A stretch of DNA of 32,000 bases, taken from positions 5,880,001 through 5,912,000 of the forward strand of contig NZ_CP042911.1 of the NCBI RefSeq assembly GCF_008065095.1. Direction: 5' to 3'. Below are positions 23,765 through 31,844 of the stretch, piece after piece. The translations under genes and the position numbers were made by a program. The notes beneath the pieces were generated by a model. The model was given only the letters and a program-made list of their open reading frames with translations. It was not told the origin of the DNA and did not search any database. Origin of the DNA: Gemmata obscuriglobus. GTDB taxonomy: Bacteria; Planctomycetota; Planctomycetia; Gemmatales; Gemmataceae. Numbering within the stretch: the stretch's first letter is position 1; each line of letters begins with the position of its first letter.

Positions 23765-24046
23765 GCACAAAGCACATCAGCGGATGAGGCCTATCGGTTA
23801 GTGTTCGAGGCGCTGCTGCTTACTCCGGGGTCAAGTAAACAGGACGTTGCCCGTATTCGGAACGCACTCACCCTTCTTCCTGTTTTAAAGCCGGCAGCAG
23901 AACAACATCCAAACCCGTCGATTTCGACACCTTCGGAGCAGCCTGCATGGCCAGAATGCAGTAGTGATCCTGCCTCATGCCCTGAGAACGAGGGGTATGG
24001 GTGTTGTGGGGGAAGGCTGCACCGGCGGATGAGTTACCAGGGATAG
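23765..24046 (+). pseudogene. 3' part of the gene split by the IS
   Basis: It is in frame with 22272-22502 after excision: AQSTSADEAYRLVFEALLLTPGSSKQDVARIRNALTLLPVLK...CPENEGYGCCGGRLHRRMSYQG, with stop at 24044-24046. Confidence 0.6.
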
Positions 24047-24432
24047 TGCAGCCGTACACTGACGCCAGCGACGAACCGCTTGAAGTCATCGAGGCAAACG
24101 AGGCCAATTATCAGGTTGGCAGCTTATGCACAAAGCGAATCCGGCGTTTGTTTAATGAAATTCGCCAATTGCAAGTCACATTAGCAGCGAAGCGGGAATC
24201 GGTTTTGCAGCCGCTGAAGGATCATTTGTTGAAAATGGCGGAGTCCAACAAGCACGCAGGTGCATTGAGTTTTCCACTGGCTTACGAGATGCACCAGCGC
24301 ACGCTTGAGGCGGTAGCACTTCTGGTCCGCATTGAGAAGGCAGCAAGGCTCGTGGGTAGCGAAACCGACCCCTACCTCTCTGCCTCTGCGAAAGTTCTCG
24401 CCAAAGTAGCCAAGGAAAAGGAGAGGAAATGA
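24001..24432 (+). CDS. Hypothetical protein (helical); start uncertain (GTG 24001 or GTG 24046)
   Basis: GAGGGG lies 5 nt before GTG 24001. The sequence is protein-like (RIRRLFNEIRQLQVTLAAKRESVLQPLKDHLLKMAESNKH...). Confidence 0.6.
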   Translation: MLWGKAAPADELPGIVQPYTDASDEPLEVIEANEANYQVGSLCTKRIRRLFNEIRQLQVTLAAKRESVLQPLKDHLLKMAESNKHAGALSFPLAYEMHQRTLEAVALLVRIEKAARLVGSETDPYLSASAKVLAKVAKEKERK

Positions 24433-24530
24433 ACTATTTCAAGTGCTACTGGTGCGGATGGAGTCCGCTGAAGGCCCTCCGGTTCGTGCAGGTCAGGTTT
24501 GCATGCCCAAAATGCGGAGGTGAGGAATGA
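24429..24530 (+). CDS. 33-aa zinc-ribbon-like peptide (not in the ORF track)
   Basis: MNYFKCYWCGWSPLKALRFVQVRFACPKCGGEE has a CxxC...CxxC pattern. ATGA overlaps occur at both ends (24429-24432 and 24527-24530). Confidence 0.45.
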   Translation: MNYFKCYWCGWSPLKALRFVQVRFACPKCGGEE

Positions 24531-24700
24531 TGGATGATCTCACCGAGCTGTGTGACACCCCAGCAACGGAGAATCCTGTGGCTGCTGCGCTGGTATTCGC
24601 AGCAGGAGCGCTGATAGGGGTGGGGAGTACGTTTGCCGTCTCACGCTCCTGGAGGGATTGTGCGAGGAGGAAAGAGATGTGTGAGGGGATGGAACGGTGA
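24527..24700 (+). CDS. 57-aa small membrane protein (not in the ORF track)
   Basis: MMDDLTELCDTPATENPVAAALVFAAGALIGVGSTFAVSRSWRDCARRKEMCEGMER has one TM-like segment and is coupled to the preceding ORF. Confidence 0.4.
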   Translation: MMDDLTELCDTPATENPVAAALVFAAGALIGVGSTFAVSRSWRDCARRKEMCEGMER

Positions 24701-24836
24701 TTTTGGGCATCTCGGCTTCGCCGCCGCGTGTTCTCGGGCTCCTCTTTCGCTACGGTCCTGCGGACGCCTTCGGCCCACTTCCACCCGCTGATGCAAGAAA
24801 ACAACAACAGGGCTGCGGCCCAGAAAGAGAGGTGTG

Positions 24837-25145
24837 ATGATCGACTTTGAAAATGATCGGAGATTCAAGTCAGTGGCGTTCAGTCGCGGCGTGGAAATTC
24901 CGAAGTGGGCTCTTTTGCAGATTGTGACCGCACTACCGAGCGACGCACTCCTCTTTCATGCGGACTTCGACTTCCGGTCAAACCAGCATCACCTGGTCTT
25001 CTGGTCGAGCGAGTTCGAGCAGGTTCCTTTCGGTTTCCAGGCGCCCACGGTCAAAGCCTGGATCGACACGGTCAACCTGCGGGCCGGCCTCGGCGACGTG
25101 CCGGAGGGGTACATGGTTGAAGTGACGAAGGGTGTCGAGTCATGA
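24837..25145 (+). CDS. Hypothetical protein (102 aa)
   Basis: GAGAGG lies upstream of ATG 24837. The stop overlaps the next start (ATGA at 25142-25145). Confidence 0.6.
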   Translation: MIDFENDRRFKSVAFSRGVEIPKWALLQIVTALPSDALLFHADFDFRSNQHHLVFWSSEFEQVPFGFQAPTVKAWIDTVNLRAGLGDVPEGYMVEVTKGVES

Positions 25146-25435
25146 CCACCCCCACCCCGCTGCTCCAGCGCGTCGCCGCAGCCATCCGCAAGGTGCCGCT
25201 CTCCATCTCTTCCACACGGCGTAGTGGTGAGAACGGGCTGCGGAACGCTGAGGAGGTGGCTCAGGCCGCACTCGATGCGTGCCACGCGGAGGAATTGACC
25301 GCCGCGTTAAGGGTGAACGATTCCGTCATCCGGGACATTCGCCAGCGCGATGCCCGCTGGCACGATGACGAACTCGTGAAGCAACTCCTCGAACGCAACC
25401 GCGCCCTGCTGGCCAAGCTGGAGGGCCGGTCATGA
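25142..25435 (+). CDS. Hypothetical protein (97 aa)
   Basis: ATGA coupling occurs at both ends. The sequence is helical (VKQLLERNRALLAKLEG). Confidence 0.6.
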   Translation: MTTPTPLLQRVAAAIRKVPLSISSTRRSGENGLRNAEEVAQAALDACHAEELTAALRVNDSVIRDIRQRDARWHDDELVKQLLERNRALLAKLEGRS

Positions 25436-25794
25436 AGGATAGCCCCCTCGATTGCTTTGGTCTCCCGCTTACCTCAAAAATCGGAAAACACGATTTCCAG
25501 CGAGATGTCACGACGAATACCACGGCACAACCCACCCGGCTGGATGAGTCCTGGCTGGAGAACGCGCTCAAAGCGATGAAAAACCTGCCGCCTATTGAAC
25601 AGGTGGTGCATCATGCGAAGGTCGGAACCCAATTCTGGGAGGCGTTGAAATCGGGAAGTGTGGCCCCATCTGCCGGTGGGTCCCGGTCTGTGTTCGGCTT
25701 TCCGCTTTTCGTGGACGAGAGTTTGCCACCGGGATGCTGTGAGTTCCGCAACAAGGACGGGAAGGTACTCTCGACGCTGAGGCTCGATCCATGA
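25432..25794 (+). CDS. Hypothetical protein (120 aa)
   Basis: ATGA coupling to the previous gene. The composition is protein-like. Confidence 0.6.
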   Translation: MKDSPLDCFGLPLTSKIGKHDFQRDVTTNTTAQPTRLDESWLENALKAMKNLPPIEQVVHHAKVGTQFWEALKSGSVAPSAGGSRSVFGFPLFVDESLPPGCCEFRNKDGKVLSTLRLDP

Positions 25795-25813
25795 CCGCCC
25801 TTGTCTCACCCGC

Positions 25814-26209
25814 TCACCGACCACCGAGCCTCAACCGCCGAACGTCCTGCGAGCGCCAGGTGGCGAGGGCGATGAACCCCGCCCCTATCACCGCCAGGGG
25901 CACGGTGACCCCGAACGGCGTCGCGCGGCCGCTCAGGTCCGCGACGAGCCAGATGGTGTTCATCGCGATCCAGCAGTTCAGTCCCAAGTCGGCGAGCAAC
26001 ACGCCCCGCTTCTTCCGCCACCCGAGCACCAGCAGCCACAGCCCGGTGGCCACAGTCAGTGCGGCGAAGGTGTACGCCGGCCACGCCAGCTTGCCCATCC
26101 ACAGCGCGTCCATGGTGAACCACGTGACCGAGTTCAGCGGGTCGGCGACCCGCTGCGCGAATGACCGGGGTTCCTCGTCCGACTCGACCGAATTCCCCGG
26201 CTCTGGCAT
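25814..26209 (-). CDS. Small integral membrane protein (about 4 TM), opposite strand to its neighbours
   Basis: GAGGA lies 8 nt before ATG 26209 on the minus strand. Clear TM helices are present (AWPAYTFAALTVATGLWLLVLGW, LGLNCWIAMNTIWLVADL, VTVPLAVIGAGFIALATW). The overlapping + ORF 25791..26279 is Ser/Arg/Pro-rich noise. Confidence 0.7.
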   Translation of the reverse strand: MPEPGNSVESDEEPRSFAQRVADPLNSVTWFTMDALWMGKLAWPAYTFAALTVATGLWLLVLGWRKKRGVLLADLGLNCWIAMNTIWLVADLSGRATPFGVTVPLAVIGAGFIALATWRSQDVRRLRLGGR

Positions 26210-26275
26210 TGGTCACGTCCTCGGGCGCCGCATCGTTCCACACGGCAGGCATTCTACGTGCGTGAGGCGCGACCG

Positions 26276-26806
26276 ATGACCGCATCGCCTCCCGGCCAAC
26301 TTGTGGACATTCCCCTCCCTCCCGACACCGCAGAAACGTTTGGCTATCGACACGACGCCCGCTTCGTCTCCTTCCGCTGGTCGTATGGGGAACTCATCGC
26401 CGATGACGGCCAATCTTCTGGGACGGCCAACGGCTGGGTCTTCGGCTCTTACGCCCGCCACCGCGCCGTCGCGCCGCTGCTCGATCCCTTCGACCTTGGA
26501 GGCTCGGACCATCCCGCGCCTTCAGTTTTGCTCTTGGACCGCGAGCGTAATCGGGCTTACATCGCACCGGCAGCGGAAGCGAAGGCGTTTCTGCGTGACC
26601 AACACCCGCCAGAACCTGAACTGGCCCCGGAGCAGCAGGAAGCCTTCCAACGCGAGTTCGAGAAGCTGCTCGCCGAGCACCGGTCGCGTCCCGTTGATCA
26701 CGGAGCCGTCGCGAAGGAAATGGCCGAGCAGCGTGGGCGAGTGGGTCGGTTCATGTCCTGGATCGATCAATGCCCCACGCCTCCGCGTCGCGGGCACACC
26801 CCATGA
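26276..26806 (+). CDS. Hypothetical protein, first gene of the RNA-ligase operon
   Basis: ATG 26276 (or GTG 26258). Its stop overlaps the next start (ATGA at 26803-26806). I recognise no family. Confidence 0.6.
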   Translation: MTASPPGQLVDIPLPPDTAETFGYRHDARFVSFRWSYGELIADDGQSSGTANGWVFGSYARHRAVAPLLDPFDLGGSDHPAPSVLLLDRERNRAYIAPAAEAKAFLRDQHPPEPELAPEQQEAFQREFEKLLAEHRSRPVDHGAVAKEMAEQRGRVGRFMSWIDQCPTPPRRGHTP

Positions 26807-27024
26807 ACGCCACCTCCGACACTCAACGCCTGATCCGCGAGCTGCGTCGCGACGGCTGGACCGTAACGCCAACCGGAAGCGGTCATTACAAGGCCATGCA
26901 CCCGAACGGCGGGTTCGTCATCCTCGCGGCCTCGCCCCGTGGCCCTCGATGGCAGCAGAACACTCGCGCCTGCATCCGCCGGGTCGAACGAAACGCTCAA
27001 CAACCAGCCAAGGAGGGCACATGA
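26803..27024 (+). CDS. HicA/YcfA-like small protein (dsRBD-like fold typical of HicA mRNA-interferase toxins)
   Basis: QRLIRELRRDGWTVTPTGSGHYKAMHPNGGFVILAASPRGPRWQQNTRACIRR fits the pattern l...GW.v..t.kGH...hP.....v.vs.tpsd.r...N....lrr seen in phage-borne HicA-like proteins. Confidence 0.6.
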   Translation: MNATSDTQRLIRELRRDGWTVTPTGSGHYKAMHPNGGFVILAASPRGPRWQQNTRACIRRVERNAQQPAKEGT

Positions 27025-28151
27025 CGATTACCGAACCACTCACCACGCTACCGTGTCGAGAAGATCACCTAACCCGACCGGAGAAGACGATGCGAAAACT
27101 TGCCAGCATCCAGACCGTGAACGCCGTGGAGCCGATCTCGAATGCCGATGCGATCGAGAAAATCCGTGTCCTCGGGTGGTGGATCGTCTCCAAGAAGGGC
27201 GAGCACAAGCCCGGAGACCGCGTTTTGTACTGTGAAATCGATTCCCTGCTCCCCGAGCGGCCCGAGTTCGAGTTCCTCCGGTCGAGCAGCTTTAAGCCCG
27301 CGCAGACCGACCCGGTCAGTGGGGCGACGATCCCGGCCGGGTTCCGCATTAAAACGGTCAAGCTTCGCGGCCAGGTGTCGCAGGGCATCTGCTTCCCGCT
27401 CTCGATCCTCCCGCCCGGCGCGCCAGATGAAGAAGGCGCGGACGTCACCGATCTGCTCGGCATTCGGAAGTGGGAGCCTCCCGCACCCGTGGGCATGGGC
27501 GGAAAGGTAAAAGGCGGGTTCCCCGGCTTCCTGCCGAAAACCGACGAGACCCGCGTCCAGGTGCTGGAAGGCGCACTGCAGCGCCACAAGGGCAAGACGT
27601 TCTACGTCACCGAGAAGCTCGATGGCACGTCGTTCACCGCCTTCCTCCGACAGGGCGAGTTCGGCATCTGCAGCCGCAACCTGTGGATGGATGAGGCCGA
27701 CGAATCGAACGTCCTTGCCCGGGTCGCGAAGGGGCTGAGGATTGATGAGAAGCTGCGCACGGCCCGCGAGAAGCTTGGACACGACGTGGCGATTCAGGCC
27801 GAGGTCATCGGGCCGGGCATCCAGAAGAACAAGTACGCGCTGAAGGAGGTCTCGCTGCGGGTGTTCAACGTTTTCAACGTGGACGCATACCGCCTCGTGG
27901 ATCACGCGGTGAAGTTGGTGACGTTGGCCGAGATGGGGCTGGAACCCGTCCCGCAGCTCGGAACGCTCGTGCTGAACCACACCGTCGACGAATTGGTCGC
28001 GTTCGCGGAGGGGACGAGCGTGCTCAACCCGCAGGTGCAGCGCGAAGGCGTGGTGTTGCGCCCGCTGGTCGAGGAATACGACGAGGACATCGGGGGCCGC
28101 CTGAGCTTCAAGGCGATCAACCCGAAGTTCCTGCTAAAGTACGACGAGTGA
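27021..28151 (+). CDS. ATP-dependent RNA ligase, DRB0094 (Rnl5-like) family
   Basis: The N-terminal OB-like module reads MRKLASIQTVNAVEPISNADAIEKIRVLGWWIVSKKGEHKPGDRVLYCEIDSLLP. The nucleotidyltransferase motif I is VTEKLDGTS (adenylylated Lys). The C-terminus is SFKAINPKFLLKYDE. AAGGAGGG precedes ATG 27021, and an alternative start is ATG 27090 (MRKLASI). Confidence 0.8.
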   Translation: MTITEPLTTLPCREDHLTRPEKTMRKLASIQTVNAVEPISNADAIEKIRVLGWWIVSKKGEHKPGDRVLYCEIDSLLPERPEFEFLRSSSFKPAQTDPVSGATIPAGFRIKTVKLRGQVSQGICFPLSILPPGAPDEEGADVTDLLGIRKWEPPAPVGMGGKVKGGFPGFLPKTDETRVQVLEGALQRHKGKTFYVTEKLDGTSFTAFLRQGEFGICSRNLWMDEADESNVLARVAKGLRIDEKLRTAREKLGHDVAIQAEVIGPGIQKNKYALKEVSLRVFNVFNVDAYRLVDHAVKLVTLAEMGLEPVPQLGTLVLNHTVDELVAFAEGTSVLNPQVQREGVVLRPLVEEYDEDIGGRLSFKAINPKFLLKYDE

Positions 28152-28158
28152 GCGGGGT

Positions 28159-28440
28159 ATGACGCGGACGTTCCGCGTTTCCCTCGGCAGCTCCACGCTT
28201 TCCGGCAAGCAGGCCATCGATCAGGTCCGGCAGTTCCGCCACCAGCTCTGCTCGCTCTTCAAGAAGCCCGATGCCGTGACGCTTCTGACCGTCGAGGACG
28301 TCGAGACGCGTTCTCGGGGCCTCGTCGCGTTCTTTGATGCGGACAATCCCTGCGCCGTGTCGTGGGTGAAGCAGGCCGAGGCGATCAGCGGGGAGTTGTG
28401 GCAGACGCTGGCGGAGCGGAGGAAGGGCGTTGCGCGTTGA
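28159..28440 (+). CDS. Hypothetical protein (93 aa), last gene of the operon
   Basis: It starts 7 nt after the ligase stop and has protein-like composition. Confidence 0.5.
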   Translation: MTRTFRVSLGSSTLSGKQAIDQVRQFRHQLCSLFKKPDAVTLLTVEDVETRSRGLVAFFDADNPCAVSWVKQAEAISGELWQTLAERRKGVAR

Positions 28441-28692
28441 CGGAAGCGGGAGGTGCATGCGGTTCGGCAATTCGGTTCGCGCCTGACCGGCAACTGTTAC
28501 AACCGTTAAGCGGGCAGATGCGGCGATTTTGCTGCGGACACCTGTAAATCAGTGCTGTTCAGAGGCCTCCGGGCGACAAGGCCGCACTTTGGCACAGTGT
28601 CTGCTTTACTCCATCCCGTCGAACACCAGCTCGGGCCAGGTCCCCCGGCCCGCTTCACATACCACAACACCTGTCCCCCAACCTATCCACGA

Positions 28693-28727
28693 AAGCCGGT
28701 ACCTTCGGGTGCCGGCTTCCTCTTTTT
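28693..28727 (+). terminator. Rho-independent terminator with a TTCG tetraloop
   Basis: The 11-bp stem is AAGCCGGTACC / GGTGCCGGCTT (one G-U pair) with loop TTCG, followed by CCTCTTTTT. It lies about 250 nt downstream of the nearest + strand stop codon. Confidence 0.7.
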
Positions 28728-28896
28728 GTCCCGCGCGAAAAAATGGTGGTGACGACGCGCGCGAACTCTCTTTCCACGTACTGGATCGTGCGGCACAGGC
28801 ATGTTACCCTCAACATCTTGCGCCGAGAACGCCACCGCCACGGTCTCTCGCACCGCTGTGCCGCGACGATCCGGCCCAATCTCCACCGAGTCGCTC

Positions 28897-31806
28897 ATGA
28901 CCCTTGAACGCCCGCCCGGCCCGGAGGCGCCGCCCCGTCCGGCCCGGATCACACTCACCTACCTTGCCTTTGGACTCCTCTGGATCTGGTTCACTGATGG
29001 GTTCTTGGCCGGGTTCGGACTCGACGGCCGGGACTGGTTCCTCGCCGCGGCGGGCAAAGGCACTGCCTTCGTGCTGCTGTCAGCGGCCCTGATCTTCGGC
29101 CTCGCCCGCCGCGAGTTCCGCGTCGCCGCCCACGCCGCTCACCTCCTCCGGGCCGTCGCCGACGGCACCACCGACGCCATGTTCGTCAAGGACCGCGACG
29201 GCCGGTACCTGCTCTTCAACGCGGCCGCCGCCCGGCTCGTCGGCAAGACCGTAGCCGAGGTCCTCGGACGAGACGACACGGCGCTGTTCGACCCCGACGG
29301 CGCCCGCCGGGTGATGGCCCTCGACCGCTGCATCATGGAAAGCGGGCGCCCGCTCACCAGCGAAGAGGTGCTCACGTCCGCCGGCGTCACCCGCACGTAC
29401 CTGGCCACCAAGGCCCCGTACCGCGATGAGACTGGGGCCGTTGCTGGGGTCATCGGGATCTCGCGCGACGTTACCGACCACAAACGGGACGAGGAGTCCC
29501 TGCGGGACAGCGTGTGGCGGTTCCGCAGCGTGTTCGAGCACGCCGCCACCGGGATCGGGATCACCGATCCGGACGGCCGGTTCCTGCAGTGCAATCCGGC
29601 GTACTGTGCCACCCTCGGACTCACCGAGGCGGAGCTACGGGAGGCCGACCTGGCCCAACTGATCCACCCCGACGACCGGGCCGAAAACATGGCCCTCTTG
29701 CGCCAGCTCTCGGCGGGTGAGATCCCCGGATACGAGATCGAGAACCGGTTCCTGCACGCGTCCGGTGAGCCGCGCTGGGTCCATAAGTGGGTCACCGCGC
29801 TACGCGACGCCGAGGGCCGAACCAAGTGCCTGATGGCCCTGGTGACCGACGTGACCGAGCGGCGCCGGTCCGAGGCCGAGCTCCGCGCGAGCGAAGAGCG
29901 GTCTCGTAAGGGGGCGGCACTGCTCTCGGCGGTCATGGACGCGCTCCCGGTGTCGGTGATCATCGCCGATCCGGTCGGCCGGATCGTCCGGACCAACCCC
30001 GCGAGCGAGCGCATCTGGGGGCGAGCCCCGACGGCCGACAGCGTCGACGGCTATCGCGAGTACGTCGGGTACTGGCCCGACACCGGGCGGCGCATCGAGC
30101 CGCACGAGTGGCCGATGTCCCGCGCGGTCCTGAACGGGCTTACGGCGACCGCCGTCGGGGTGACCATCGAGCGGGCCGGGGACCGAACGCGACGCCGGCT
30201 GGAGCTGTCCGCCGCGCCCGTGATCGGGGACGCCGGGGAGCGGCTCGGGGGCGTGGTCGCGTGCCTGGATGTGACGGAGCGGGTTGCAGCCGAGACGCTG
30301 CTGACGTCGGTGCTCGACAACGTCCTCGACGCGGTCATCGGGATCGACGAGGGCGGAACGGTTCGGTCGTTCAACCGCGCGGCCGAGCGCATCTTCGGGT
30401 TCACCGCGGCCGAGGTGCTCGGGCGCAACGTGAACACGCTGATGCCGGAACCGGACCGGTCCCGGCACGACGGGTACCTGGCCAACTACTTGACGACCGG
30501 GAGCGCGAAGGTGATCGGGGCCGGGCGCGAGGTGGTGGCCCGGCGGAAGAACGGGGAGACGTTCCCGGCGGACCTGGCGGTGAGCGCGTTCTGGCTCGAC
30601 GACCACCGGTACTTCACTGGGGTGGTGCGGGACATCTCGGAGCGGCGGCAGCTCGAGGACCAGTACCGCCACGCACAGAAGATGGAGGCCGTGGGGCGGC
30701 TCGCCGGGGGCATCGCGCACGACTTCAACAACCTGCTCACCGTCATCAACGGGTACAGTAAAATTGTGCTCGACGAGATGCCGGACGGTGACCCGCACCG
30801 CGAGTCGGTCGGGATGGTCCGGGACGCCGGGAAGCGGGCCGCGGTGCTGACGCGGCAGCTCCTGGCATTCAGCCGGAAGCAGGTGCTCCAGCCCACCACC
30901 CTGAACCTGAACGACCTGCTCGACGGCATGAGCCGGATGCTCGCGCAGCTGATCGGGGCGGACGTGGACCTCACCGTACGCGGGGCCCCCGAGCCGTGGC
31001 CGGTCCGGGCGGACGCCGGCCAGGTCGAGCAAGTGGTCATGAACCTCGCGGTCAACGCGCGGGACGCCATGCCGACCGGCGGGCGGCTCACCATCGAGAC
31101 CGGGAACGTGACCCTCGATACCGGGTACACGGCCGCCCACCCCGAGGCCCGGCCAGGGGAATACGTGCGGCTGGCCGTGACCGACACCGGGTGTGGCATG
31201 GATGTGGTCACGAAGGCCCGCATCTTCGAGCCGTTCTTCACCACCAAGGGCGAGAACGGTACGGGGCTGGGGCTGGCCACCGTGTTCGGCATCGTCAAGC
31301 AGTCCGGCGGGCACGTCGAGGTGTACAGCGAGCTCGGCGTCGGGACCACGTTCAAGGTGTACCTGCCGCGCGACCGGTCCGACCCCTCGCCCGCCGATTC
31401 CGCGGGCGCACTCCGGGCGCCACCCACGCGCGGGAGCGAGACGGTCCTGCTGGCGGAGGACGAGGACGGGGTGCGGCGGCTGGCCAAGATGGTCCTGCAG
31501 CGGGCCGGATACACGGTGCTGGAGGCCCATCACGGCGGCGAGGCACTGCGCATTTGCGAGCAACACGAAGGGCCGATTCACCTTCTAGCGACCGACGTGG
31601 TGATGCCGAACATGGGCGGCCGGCAGGCGGCCGAGCGGCTGCGGGCCATGCGACCGGAGATGAAGGTGCTGTTCCTGTCGGGGTACACCGACGATACGGT
31701 CGTGCGGCATGGGGTGCTGGAGGCCGAGGTGGCGTTCCTTCAGAAGCCGTTCTCGCCCGACGCGCTGGCTCAAAAGGTCCGTGAGGTGCTGGACGCCGCC
31801 CGCTGA
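28897..31806 (+). CDS. Hybrid sensor histidine kinase / response regulator with multiple PAS domains
   Basis: The N-terminus is membrane-associated (ITLTYLAFGLLWIWFTDGFLAGF). There are 4-5 PAS-like units. The H-box is GGIAHDFNNLLTVINGY, and the HATPase boxes include VMNLAVNARDAM, DTGCGM and GTGLGLATV. The C-terminal REC reads TVLLAEDEDGVRRLAKMVLQRAGY...DVVMPNMGG. ATG 28897 is preferred over 28801. Confidence 0.9.
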   Translation: MTLERPPGPEAPPRPARITLTYLAFGLLWIWFTDGFLAGFGLDGRDWFLAAAGKGTAFVLLSAALIFGLARREFRVAAHAAHLLRAVADGTTDAMFVKDRDGRYLLFNAAAARLVGKTVAEVLGRDDTALFDPDGARRVMALDRCIMESGRPLTSEEVLTSAGVTRTYLATKAPYRDETGAVAGVIGISRDVTDHKRDEESLRDSVWRFRSVFEHAATGIGITDPDGRFLQCNPAYCATLGLTEAELREADLAQLIHPDDRAENMALLRQLSAGEIPGYEIENRFLHASGEPRWVHKWVTALRDAEGRTKCLMALVTDVTERRRSEAELRASEERSRKGAALLSAVMDALPVSVIIADPVGRIVRTNPASERIWGRAPTADSVDGYREYVGYWPDTGRRIEPHEWPMSRAVLNGLTATAVGVTIERAGDRTRRRLELSAAPVIGDAGERLGGVVACLDVTERVAAETLLTSVLDNVLDAVIGIDEGGTVRSFNRAAERIFGFTAAEVLGRNVNTLMPEPDRSRHDGYLANYLTTGSAKVIGAGREVVARRKNGETFPADLAVSAFWLDDHRYFTGVVRDISERRQLEDQYRHAQKMEAVGRLAGGIAHDFNNLLTVINGYSKIVLDEMPDGDPHRESVGMVRDAGKRAAVLTRQLLAFSRKQVLQPTTLNLNDLLDGMSRMLAQLIGADVDLTVRGAPEPWPVRADAGQVEQVVMNLAVNARDAMPTGGRLTIETGNVTLDTGYTAAHPEARPGEYVRLAVTDTGCGMDVVTKARIFEPFFTTKGENGTGLGLATVFGIVKQSGGHVEVYSELGVGTTFKVYLPRDRSDPSPADSAGALRAPPTRGSETVLLAEDEDGVRRLAKMVLQRAGYTVLEAHHGGEALRICEQHEGPIHLLATDVVMPNMGGRQAAERLRAMRPEMKVLFLSGYTDDTVVRHGVLEAEVAFLQKPFSPDALAQKVREVLDAAR

Positions 31807-31844
31807 TTTCGGCCCGGTGGCTCACATGGCTGCAGAGGCTCGAT

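Noticed and set aside
25791-26279. The + strand ORF 25791..26279 starts with an ATGA overlap on the previous gene, so it looks like part of the coupled chain.
   Set aside because: Its translation is Ser/Arg/Pro/Thr-rich with no hydrophobic pattern. The minus-strand ORF over the same DNA encodes clean TM helices and has its own RBS.
26301-27020. N-terminal 240-aa extension of ORF 26301..28151 upstream of the RNA ligase.
   Set aside because: It overlaps two better-supported coupled genes (26276-26806 and 26803-27024) and is Ser/Arg/Pro-rich. A strong RBS precedes ATG 27021.
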